Assembly (NCBI GenBank): GCA_965231775.1
Contig: OZ246888.1
Location: 3,741,590-3,805,589 of the forward strand
Source of the DNA: Candidatus Binatia bacterium
Lineage (GTDB): Bacteria; Desulfobacterota; Binatia; Bin18
Reading direction: 5' to 3'
Length of the DNA stretch: 64,000 bases
Of the stretch, positions 28,720 through 36,818 are shown in pieces. Position 1 is the stretch's first letter; the number at the start of each line of letters is the position of its first letter. The notes below the pieces were generated by a model. That model was not told where the DNA came from. It ran no database searches and was given only the letters and a program-made list of their open reading frames with translations. The translations under genes and the position numbers were made by a program.

Positions 28720-29475
28720 TTACTGCTCCATGCGGGCTAACGCGTCTTGCGTACTGCCCGCGTCGCTATAATTAGCATCCTGGTCAAAGCTCATAAAAAT
28801 CATGCTCACCCCTTCAGGACCGGCGGTGAACGAAGCGGCATGTTCGCCACCAGGAATGAAACGCAGCGCTTTCGGTTCCAGCCGCCTGCCGAGCAGAGAG
28901 GCCGAACCCGAATAGACCACCTCATACCGACCATACTCTGGAACCGGGGGAGTAAACTCGACACCGGCCGGAAACGCGACCAACTCCGCAGTGGGACCGA
29001 AGCTCGGCGGGATCAGCAGCTTGCGTCGAGCGTGTGGACAGCCGGGCATGGGCTGCCACTCGACCTCATGGGCGCAGCGCGTCAGCTCGCGTCCACGCAC
29101 GTTTGCCTGCCAGCGCCGTTTTTTATCGCGCATGACAGCCAAACCACCCGGCCTGGTATGCAGCACAAGCATATCGTGCCCAGCACTGACCGTGAACGGA
29201 CCGTAGGGCGTGTTATGTTCCGTATAGTGCACGGCTGGCGCATCGAGCCGGACCAGCGGGAAGGCCATTGAGCCTTCGAGCAGGACTTGGAATTGCGCCG
29301 CATAATGAAAATGCGGCTCCACCGTATAGTCTTCCGAGATTTGCGCCCGTATGGCTTCGGGTCCACCGTCTCTGCCTTTCAAATACATTTGAAGCTGGGT
29401 TTCCCCTCCGCCCTCAAGGGCTAAGGTTTTCCACGGTACGGTTGAGGGCTCTACGATATACTGATGTGGGTCCAT
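28720..29475 (-). CDS. cupin-like hypothetical protein
   Basis: 'EPHFHYAAQFQVLLEG' is a cupin motif-1-like element. Confidence 0.4.
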   Translation of the reverse strand: MDPHQYIVEPSTVPWKTLALEGGGETQLQMYLKGRDGGPEAIRAQISEDYTVEPHFHYAAQFQVLLEGSMAFPLVRLDAPAVHYTEHNTPYGPFTVSAGHDMLVLHTRPGGLAVMRDKKRRWQANVRGRELTRCAHEVEWQPMPGCPHARRKLLIPPSFGPTAELVAFPAGVEFTPPVPEYGRYEVVYSGSASLLGRRLEPKALRFIPGGEHAASFTAGPEGVSMIFMSFDQDANYSDAGSTQDALARMEQ

Positions 29476-29540
29476 GTCGTCCCTCCTTGTTTGCGTCATT
29501 CACTCCCCATGGGCAGTCTCGTTTCCCGTGCCTTCCCAAT

Positions 29541-30761
29541 CTACTCCACAACCGCTTGATACGTCAAAACCCGCAGCTCACGCCGGATCGGATACGAAGA
29601 GGACGGCATCAGTTGTGTGAGAAAGATGACGATCAAGTCTTCCACTGGATCAACCCAAAAAGTTGTGCTGGCAGCCCCACCCCATGAATACTCACCGGAT
29701 GAGCCAAGAATCTGGGCTTTGACCGGATCAAGCGTAACGGAAAAGCCCAGACCGAACCCAATCCCATCAAAAGGCATCTCACTGAACACCTTCTGGCCCA
29801 TACGGCTCAGATCAACATTGCCCGGCAGATGATTCACGGTCATGAGTTCAACGGTCTTACGGCCAAGGAGGCGTTCACCGTTCAATACGCCTCTATTTCT
29901 AAGCATGAGTAAAAACTTGAGATAGTCACTCGCTGTTGAGACCAGCCCGCCCCCACCTGAGAGAAACGTCGGCTGTCCGCGATACCTACTCTTCGTTGGG
30001 CTATCAATGAGACGAAAGTCCCCCTTTTGATACTCATAGTTTGCGGCCAAGCGGGGTACATCTTCATCCGCAACCGCAAAGGCAGTGTCCCGCATACCCA
30101 GCGGCCCCCAAATATGCTCGCTGAAATAGGCAGCGAGCGACTGCCCTGACAGCAGCTCAACAAGATATCCCAACACGTCAGTGGCCACACTATAACTCCA
30201 GCGCGTTCCCGGAGAGAAAAGTAGCGGGAGTGTACTGAGCTTTTGCACCATGTCGTGTAAACTTCCCTTGGAACTCGACCCTTCAACTCCTTGGGCGCGG
30301 TACAGAGCGTCAACCGGATGAACGTTCATAAAGCCGTAGGTGAAACCGGCTGTATGTGTCAGCAGATCGCGAATCGTTATTTCACGTTCAGCTAGCGTGG
30401 TGTGGTACTGCTGAGCATCTCCGGATTCAAAGACTTCCAAGTGTTTAAATTCAGGAATGAAGGCTGACACTGGGGTATCGAGCTGAAACAATCCTCGCTC
30501 ATACAGCGTCATAAGCGCCACACTGGTGATGGGCTTGGTCATGGAATAGATACGAAAAATGGTGTCTTCTTCAACCGGTGTATGTGCTTCTACATCGCGT
30601 AGTCCGTAACGATTCAGATAAGCTGGCTGGCCACGCCGGGCCACCAGCACCAGATAACCGGGAATTCTCCCGTCATCGACATAGCCCTTGAGATGCTCGG
30701 AGATACGGTTCAGACGGATGCTACTCAGCCCGACGCTTTCTGGGGAAACGGTTTCAATCAT
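29541..30761 (-). CDS. serine hydrolase, class C beta-lactamase-related family
   Basis: 'IYSMTKPITSVALM' is the S-x-x-K active-site motif, and the ~400 aa size is typical. Confidence 0.75.
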   Translation of the reverse strand: MIETVSPESVGLSSIRLNRISEHLKGYVDDGRIPGYLVLVARRGQPAYLNRYGLRDVEAHTPVEEDTIFRIYSMTKPITSVALMTLYERGLFQLDTPVSAFIPEFKHLEVFESGDAQQYHTTLAEREITIRDLLTHTAGFTYGFMNVHPVDALYRAQGVEGSSSKGSLHDMVQKLSTLPLLFSPGTRWSYSVATDVLGYLVELLSGQSLAAYFSEHIWGPLGMRDTAFAVADEDVPRLAANYEYQKGDFRLIDSPTKSRYRGQPTFLSGGGGLVSTASDYLKFLLMLRNRGVLNGERLLGRKTVELMTVNHLPGNVDLSRMGQKVFSEMPFDGIGFGLGFSVTLDPVKAQILGSSGEYSWGGAASTTFWVDPVEDLIVIFLTQLMPSSSYPIRRELRVLTYQAVVE

Positions 30762-30915
30762 GAATGTGCTCCTGAGGACAATCTATGTCCAAGTCTGCCG
30801 CGCTACCTTATTCCATTAGGCAGATAAGCAAAACAGAATGCCCTGGAGTTCGCTAGCTTCCGTTGACTAAAATTGATACTGGTCTGTTCAATCCAATCCA
30901 GACGAAGGAGTCCTG

Positions 30916-32073
30916 ATGGCATACGCAACCGGACGCATATTTTTTGACGCAGACAGCCATATTATGGAGTTGCCGGACTTTCTGACGGCTAACGCGGACC
31001 GTGATGTCGCCGACCAGCTTCCCCCGTTTAATTTTGAAGCCGCAGGGGTGCTCGCTCAGCATGTGAGCCAGTACGTCAACAACGGTCGTCCCGAACAAGA
31101 AGCGCAGAAATTGCGCGACCTGGGCGACCGCTTGATTAGCGGTCCCAAGGGCTATGACGCGCTCGGCGCGTTTGACGCATCCGAACGGACGGATGCGCTC
31201 GACCGCTTGGGCTTTGCCAAACAGTTTGTCTTCTCCTCGCTGAGCACCTCCGTGTTGTTTGACCCAAACGTTGCTCCCGACATTGCCTATGGCGGCTGTC
31301 GGGCGCATAACCGCTCCATGGCGGAATTCTGTGCGGACGAGCGTCTGGTCGGCGTGGGCCTCCTCCCCATTGACGATGTGGAGCGGTCGATTACAGACCT
31401 CGACTATGCGGTGAGTCTTGGGCTGGAAGCCATATGGATTCCCCATCGCTTAGCCAACGGGCATTCGCCCGGTCACACCGACCTCGATCCCCTCTGGGCT
31501 CGCTTTGTTGAACATCAGGTGCCGTTCCTCCTGCACGTGGGCGGGGCCGCGCTCAAAGTCGAGCCAGGCTGGCTCGATAACGGCCGTCCGATTCCCAAGG
31601 ACTGGCTCGGCGGCGGTGAGAACATCCGCAGTAAAGACATGATGGGCCTGCATCATCTGCCCGAGCAGTTCCTGTCCACGATGGTGCTGGACGGCGTGCT
31701 GGAGCGCTTTCCCGAACTGCGCGGTGGGGTCATCGAACTCGGTGCCGGTTGGGTGCCGTCCATGCTGGACCGTCTTGATCTGGTCGCCGGCATCTGGAGT
31801 CGGAGCGAGCCTTTACTCAAAGACTTGCAGCGCACACCTAGCCAGCAAATTATCGATCAGGTCCGCTTCACGCCGTTTGTGTTCGAGGATGTAGGGGCCA
31901 TTATCAATGCCTCTGACCTGCGCCTCTATATGTTCTCCAGCGACTACCCACATCCCGAGGGCGGTCGTGACCCCCTGGGACGTTTCGGTCGGTCATTGGA
32001 AGGACAGAACGCAGAGACCTTGGATCGGTTCTATACGCAGAACTTTGCGGACCTGATGGGGATGAGCGCGTAA
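30916..32073 (+). CDS. amidohydrolase-2 family metal-dependent hydrolase
   Basis: 'FFDADSHIMELPDF' is the N-terminal motif, with 'FSSDYPHPEG' near the C-terminus. Confidence 0.75.
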   Translation: MAYATGRIFFDADSHIMELPDFLTANADRDVADQLPPFNFEAAGVLAQHVSQYVNNGRPEQEAQKLRDLGDRLISGPKGYDALGAFDASERTDALDRLGFAKQFVFSSLSTSVLFDPNVAPDIAYGGCRAHNRSMAEFCADERLVGVGLLPIDDVERSITDLDYAVSLGLEAIWIPHRLANGHSPGHTDLDPLWARFVEHQVPFLLHVGGAALKVEPGWLDNGRPIPKDWLGGGENIRSKDMMGLHHLPEQFLSTMVLDGVLERFPELRGGVIELGAGWVPSMLDRLDLVAGIWSRSEPLLKDLQRTPSQQIIDQVRFTPFVFEDVGAIINASDLRLYMFSSDYPHPEGGRDPLGRFGRSLEGQNAETLDRFYTQNFADLMGMSA

Positions 32074-32320
32074 CGCCTCATTCACGGCATAGGGTGGGTT
32101 TTATCGACCCACCCTACTCTCGGAGGGAGTCCCGTGAGACCCCCTCCTCCTTCAACCCGAAGAGCTGACGCAGAGTAAAAAAACGTTCAGTTCTTCGACT
32201 TCATTCCAGTCGTCAAGGCCAGCGCTGTTTCTCTCCGATTGGCCCACAAAACTGTCAGGTGAAAGTCTGCCTCCTGAGGGCCAGAGGAGTAAATTACCTG
32301 ATTTTCTCCGCCCCATATTA

Positions 32321-32330
32321 TTATTTAACT
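32321..32330. repeat. 10-bp direct repeat TTATTTAACT, left copy flanking the low-GC island
   Basis: An identical 10-mer recurs at about 35565-35574 on the other side of the Fic-OLD gene pair. Confidence 0.4.
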
Positions 32331-32547
32331 ATCTGTTTTTACTCAGAAAACAAAATATGCTTGACATACTGTCAGTTTTACACACATACTGTAAGTATAT
32401 CCCAATTAAAGCACGATTTAAAAAGTGCTTGTCGTTCCTATCCACACGTGGAGTCTACAAATTTCCTCCCCCCCTGGAGTCCGGGAGTCCCCCCTCTCGG
32501 GCTCCCCTTCCTTTTTCGTCATATACACCCGTTTGCTAAATCAGCTT

Positions 32548-34269
32548 TCAAGCATTCCAGGATTTTATACGCTCGACGATTTCCCTCATCTGCTCTCCCC
32601 AATCAAATCGCCCTGCCATGAGGTCCTTTGTCATGTGTGGAGCGCTCTGGATAGCCAAGCGCATCTTATCAAAGTGCTTTCGACTCAGGCGCACTTCGAT
32701 ATACGACGATGTTTCGTTTCGGGGAAAGAAGGACTCATACTGCTCAGGGTCGGGCAGCGACGGCAAGTCTAAGGCTTTCTCAAGAACAGAGCCGGGAAGG
32801 TAATTCTCAATTTCCCTAGCGGTGGTTATCCAAATATGCGCACCGGGTATGTTCTCGACTTCCATGCGAATCCTCAACACCCTGACCTTTAGAGGAGAAT
32901 CCTCGGAAGCGCGGTCTCCGTCACACATAACAACGATGTTCGGATTCACCCGGAACAAATTCGCAAGCTCGGTTTCTTTCTCGGAAGGCTGAAATTCGAT
33001 CTGCGCCAAAAGCGCTCCGCCATAGAAGGCGCATTGATAGTCACGCCCCTCTCGAAGAGCGCCTTCGCTATAGAGTTGAATCCAGCGATTAAGATACGCA
33101 CGGTCCGAAGGCCCCTCCACCCAAACGATGCCGTTTGCCTGAAGCAAATCCGACGGCTTTGCACCTAACTCGGAGACGACTCCAAGGCGATCAAAATGCG
33201 CGGAAACCGTTGTTGTGCGAGCAGTCTCGCCATCATGAGTAACATGGATGATCTGCGCATCCTCCGACATTCCGAAAAGGTCGAGGGCCGTGCTTGAATG
33301 AGTCGTCAGAAAGATCGAGGCTTTTTCGTTAAGAGCGTAATCTTCAAGATACTGAAAAAGTCGTCGTAAGAGTGCCGGGTGAAGATTGTTTTCAAGTTCC
33401 TCAAACGCGAATACGAATTGGGACTTCTCTTTGTTCTCAACTTTGGGAATAACCAATAGGTTCAGCAGCACCAAAAGAACAGTCTTCAGACCACTTCCCG
33501 ATTTGCTGAGTGGAATTAGCCCCTTCTTCTCCTCGCCAAGGTAGACCTCCCAATGGTTTCTTGGTCCAGGTGCTTTTTCATCGTCATGAGATTTTATCTG
33601 GATCCCCGAAAACTTCCCGTCGTCTCTAAAGATCGAATTCAGTACCCCCAGAAGATCATGCTGGATAACCTCACTCGGGTACTGAGGGTTCACACTAGTT
33701 ATGAAACGCCTCATTATATTGGAGGCCCCACTCCCGTCGTGGCCGAGTGCTAGTTCGAGTTCTGGTAGCTCGGTCTTAATGTCGCGATCAGCAAGAAGTC
33801 TGCGGAATGACTTCCCGCTGAGATAGTGAGTTGGGTGACTCACCACCCTTTCAATTGCTGAAATCCTCGCGTTGGTCGAGCGCTCACCAAAAGATGACTC
33901 GAATGTGAAGCCGTCGGGAAAACCCACGTTGTTCGCTGTATACCCATTTGCTTCAATTTCCCACGTTATCTTAGTATCGACAAAATGTTTTCCGTGATCA
34001 TGCCAGTGATTCCTTTCAAGTTCACTGCCTCTTACATGGGCGCCAAACTGCCTTCCCAGAGACACCTCGTCTAACACGCCACGGCATCGATATTGCCAAC
34101 CACGATTGCCGAGTTCGCCTTGGCTTAATGCTTCAACCAAATCCAGTAGATGTGATTTTCCAGAGTTATTCCGTCCGATGATGACGTTGATCGGCTTAAC
34201 AGTATCGAAACCAGCCCACTCTTTTTGAAAACAGAGATGTCCCTTGAAGTATACGGAGTCAGCTTTCAC
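32548..34269 (-). CDS. OLD-family ATP-dependent endonuclease (ABC ATPase + C-terminal TOPRIM)
   Basis: 573 aa. Walker A 'GRNNSGKS', signature-like 'LSKSGSGLKTV', Walker B/D-loop 'FVFAFEELENNLHP', and H-loop 'LTTHS'. The C-terminal TOPRIM has 'IVWVEGPSDRAYL' (Glu) and 'VVMCDGDRA' (DxD). Local GC is clearly below the flanks. Confidence 0.7.
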   Translation of the reverse strand: MKADSVYFKGHLCFQKEWAGFDTVKPINVIIGRNNSGKSHLLDLVEALSQGELGNRGWQYRCRGVLDEVSLGRQFGAHVRGSELERNHWHDHGKHFVDTKITWEIEANGYTANNVGFPDGFTFESSFGERSTNARISAIERVVSHPTHYLSGKSFRRLLADRDIKTELPELELALGHDGSGASNIMRRFITSVNPQYPSEVIQHDLLGVLNSIFRDDGKFSGIQIKSHDDEKAPGPRNHWEVYLGEEKKGLIPLSKSGSGLKTVLLVLLNLLVIPKVENKEKSQFVFAFEELENNLHPALLRRLFQYLEDYALNEKASIFLTTHSSTALDLFGMSEDAQIIHVTHDGETARTTTVSAHFDRLGVVSELGAKPSDLLQANGIVWVEGPSDRAYLNRWIQLYSEGALREGRDYQCAFYGGALLAQIEFQPSEKETELANLFRVNPNIVVMCDGDRASEDSPLKVRVLRIRMEVENIPGAHIWITTAREIENYLPGSVLEKALDLPSLPDPEQYESFFPRNETSSYIEVRLSRKHFDKMRLAIQSAPHMTKDLMAGRFDWGEQMREIVERIKSWNA

Positions 34270-34333
34270 TCTGAGTGTCCTCCCGCACGTCCAGCTTACA
34301 ATTCAACGTGTTGGTGATGAACAGCACCGGTTA

Positions 34334-35500
34334 TCACGGCACTTCGGTTCCTTCATTGATGATAGAAAGATACCTGTCGTAAACGAACACTCGGCCGCGG
34401 CGTTTACCGGTAATCTCACGCGCAACTCCATTCTGGACGAGTAGTTCCATTGCCTTAGAAGCCGTTGCAAAGGAAAGCTGCGTACTGCTACACGCTGCGG
34501 ACAATGAGAGAATCGGCCGTGCCTTGAGTGCATCGTGTATGCGGAGCGCCGACCCGGCCCGTCGGCCTTCGGTTGTCTCGATTCGGCTGCGGTCGTCCTG
34601 AAACATGTGGGCGAGACGTTGGGCAGTCGAGACCGCACTGGTGGCAGTCAGGCGCACGCCTTCGAGGAAGAAGGCAAGCCAAGACTCCCAGTCCCCTGTC
34701 TGGCGCACCTGCTTAAGCAGCTCATAGTAGGTGGCGCGGTTCTGCTTGAAATACAGACTCAGATACAAAAGTGGCTGGTGGAGTACATCAGCGTGGCATA
34801 ACAGAAGGGTTACGAGCAATCGTCCTACACGCCCGTTTCCGTCAAGGAAAGGGTGAATGGTCTCGAACTGCACATGCGCAAGACCGGCACGAAACAGCAC
34901 AGGGAGTCCGTCTTCCTCGGCGTGCAGGAAACGCTCAAACCTCGCCAGGCAGTCAGGTACGGCTGTATGCGGAGGCGGGACAAAGACGGCATTACCGGGG
35001 CGGGTACCGCCGATCCAGTTCTGTGAACGGCGGAACTCGCCAGGGGTTTTATCGTCCCCCCGCCCACGTGATAGCAGCACGCCGTGAATCTCACGGAGTA
35101 AGCGATTTGACAGCGGGAAGTTCTCCCGCAGGCGGCGCAATCCGTGGTTGAGCGCCGCTACGTAGTTCGAGACTTCGACCACATCATCGAACGGAACTCC
35201 AGGCGCTTCGTCCAACTCGAAAAGCAAGAGGTCGGACAGCGATGACTGTGTTCCCTCTATCTGAGAGGAGAGTACCGCTTCCTTCCGCACATACGCGTAG
35301 AGAAAAAGTGCCTCATCCGGCAGAAGGGTCGAGACACTATCTAACCGGCCCAAGGCAAGCACCGCTGATTCAAGGGCCTGCTGCAAAGGGCCGTCCAGAA
35401 CCAGCGCTGGGTTTGGCGGGAGCGGTGCCGGAATGAAGGCTCTGACCTGCTCACCTCCGACGCTCGTCACCTCATATATGCCAATCTCTCCGCGTCGCAT
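34334..35500 (-). CDS. Fic-family protein (Fic_N + Fic core HPFLDGNGRVGR + C-terminal winged helix), class II with N-terminal inhibitory SxxxEG motif
   Basis: It has the perfect Fic motif HPFxDGNGRxxR. The N-terminal 'SSQIEGTQ' matches the [ST]xxxE[GN] autoinhibition motif. The C-terminal 'ITGKRRGRVFVYDRYL' is wHTH-like. It lies 64 bp upstream of, and co-directional with, the OLD gene. Confidence 0.8.
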   Translation of the reverse strand: MRRGEIGIYEVTSVGGEQVRAFIPAPLPPNPALVLDGPLQQALESAVLALGRLDSVSTLLPDEALFLYAYVRKEAVLSSQIEGTQSSLSDLLLFELDEAPGVPFDDVVEVSNYVAALNHGLRRLRENFPLSNRLLREIHGVLLSRGRGDDKTPGEFRRSQNWIGGTRPGNAVFVPPPHTAVPDCLARFERFLHAEEDGLPVLFRAGLAHVQFETIHPFLDGNGRVGRLLVTLLLCHADVLHQPLLYLSLYFKQNRATYYELLKQVRQTGDWESWLAFFLEGVRLTATSAVSTAQRLAHMFQDDRSRIETTEGRRAGSALRIHDALKARPILSLSAACSSTQLSFATASKAMELLVQNGVAREITGKRRGRVFVYDRYLSIINEGTEVP

Positions 35501-35507
35501 AATAGCA

Positions 35508-35550
35508 GACGTTTATCTTACTTTTGTCGGACGTTTATTTTACTTTTCTC
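35508..35550 (-). promoter_or_regulatory. tandem ~21-bp direct repeats in the Fic upstream region (putative promoter/operator)
   Basis: GACGTTTATCTTACTTTTGTCG is followed by GACGTTTATTTTACTTTTCTC, 8-50 nt upstream of the Fic ATG. Each copy carries a -10-like TAAGAT or TAAAAT on the coding strand. Confidence 0.4.
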
Positions 35551-35564
35551 AATAACGCGTTTCG

Positions 35565-35574
35565 TTATTTAACT
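35565..35574. repeat. 10-bp direct repeat TTATTTAACT, right copy flanking the low-GC island
   Basis: It matches 32321-32330, and the two copies bracket about 3.25 kb. Confidence 0.4.
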
Positions 35575-35727
35575 TTAATAGCTAAAACTAAAATAACAAG
35601 GGCAGCTACCAGCTCATTCTTCGATTGAAATTTAATACAGCCTCCGAATACGATGTACCGGGTTTTCTTGAACCACGGTTCGGAGTACAGAGGAAAGCGC
35701 CAGAAAACTTAGTAAGGAGGAGAGCAT

Positions 35728-36585
35728 ATGGATATTGGCGTATTCTATTTCACGTCCGGCGAGTCGGCAGACCCTGCGGTTGTAGCGAAAAAGGCCGAAG
35801 AACTGGGCTTTGCCTCGTTTTGGGTGCCGGAACATCCGGTCCTGCCGGTGCATACCACCGTGGGCTATCCCGCGGCCCCGGACCAGCCGATTCCGAGAAC
35901 GGTCGGGATTATTTCCGACCCGTTTGTGTCGCTGGCGCGGGCCTCGGCCACGACCACGAAGATCAAGCTGGGCACCGGGATTTGCCTCGTGCCGGAACGC
36001 AACCCGTTGTTGCTGGCCAAGGAGATCGCCACGCTGGACCACTATTCGGGCGGACGTTTTCTGTTTGGCATCGGGGCCGGTTGGCAAAAAGAAGAGTGTG
36101 AGATCATGGGCGGCGACTTTCCGCACCGCTGGACCCAGACCCGCGATTCGATTCTAGCGATGAAAGAGCTGTGGACCACGGACGAATCCGAATATCACGG
36201 CCGGTATTACGACTTCCCCGCGGTCAAGTGCTTTCCCAAGCCGGCCCAAAATCCGCATCCGCCCGTTATTCTGGGTGGCTCGGCCAAGAATGTGTTCAAA
36301 CGGACGGTGGAGTGGGGGGACGGCTGGATGCCAGTCAGCATCTCGCCCGATGAGATTCGACGCGGACGCGAGACCCTGAACGAGCTAGCTGCCCAGGCCG
36401 GGCGCGATCCCCAGTCCATCTCCGTGCTCGCCTTTGGGCAGCCGGGGCAGTTGCGCAGCCGTGACCAGGCCCAGGCACTCGGAGAGGCCGGTGCGGAACA
36501 CGCCATTATTTGGCTCAATAAATCTCAGGAAGAAGAAGTCATTGCGGAGTTAGAGGGATTAGCCGCAGAAATGCTGGGCGCATAA
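35728..36585 (+). CDS. LLM-class F420-dependent oxidoreductase
   Basis: 285 aa. 'FASFWVPEHPVLP' and 'GGRFLFGIGAGW' are luciferase-like TIM-barrel motifs of the short F420-type subgroup. Confidence 0.75.
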   Translation: MDIGVFYFTSGESADPAVVAKKAEELGFASFWVPEHPVLPVHTTVGYPAAPDQPIPRTVGIISDPFVSLARASATTTKIKLGTGICLVPERNPLLLAKEIATLDHYSGGRFLFGIGAGWQKEECEIMGGDFPHRWTQTRDSILAMKELWTTDESEYHGRYYDFPAVKCFPKPAQNPHPPVILGGSAKNVFKRTVEWGDGWMPVSISPDEIRRGRETLNELAAQAGRDPQSISVLAFGQPGQLRSRDQAQALGEAGAEHAIIWLNKSQEEEVIAELEGLAAEMLGA

Positions 36586-36710
36586 AAACGCAGGGGGGAG
36601 CCGCAGCATGGAAAACATAACGCTGGAGCGGGGCAAGCTTGACGCCATATTTGACGCTCAGAGAGCATCTGGGGCAGCAGGCGTGTGGGTGAAAGTCGGA
36701 TTCCCTCTTG

Positions 36711-36788
36711 CCCCCTCGCCCCTTGGGGGAAAGGGCCGGGGTGAGGGGGATAACGGGTCCAGAAAAGGGCAACCCCCTGTGGTTGCCC
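36711..36788. terminator. two GC-rich hairpins between convergent genes (REP-like palindrome plus stem-loop)
   Basis: CCCCCTCGCCCC...GGGGTGAGGGGG is a 12-bp stem with one G-U pair. It is followed by GGGCAACCccctgtGGTTGCCC, an 8-bp perfect stem. Both sit in the 230-bp gap between the convergent LLM and DUF3237 genes. Confidence 0.4.
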
Positions 36789-36818
36789 TTACATAGGAGG
36801 TGGCGGCGTGCTCACAAG

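Noticed and set aside
32259-32772. Plus-strand ORFs (120, 60 and 115 aa) in the AT-rich tail downstream of the OLD gene
   Set aside because: They overlap each other and the OLD 3' end, have no start context or domain signal, and arise from AT-rich DNA where stop codons are expected to be frequent anyway. I treat the region as non-coding.
32548-35500. Calling the OLD gene pair a Gabija (GajA/GajB) or PARIS (AriA/AriB) system
   Set aside because: Gabija requires an adjacent UvrD-like helicase, and split PARIS requires a DUF4435 TOPRIM partner. Neither is present. The only partner is a Fic protein, so the named systems do not fit.
36539-36772. 77-aa minus-strand ORF translating as …PLTPALSPKGRGGKRES…
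   Set aside because: It is encoded across a GC-rich palindromic hairpin in an intergenic gap. Such REP-like elements commonly produce this pseudo-protein, and it has no RBS or start context.
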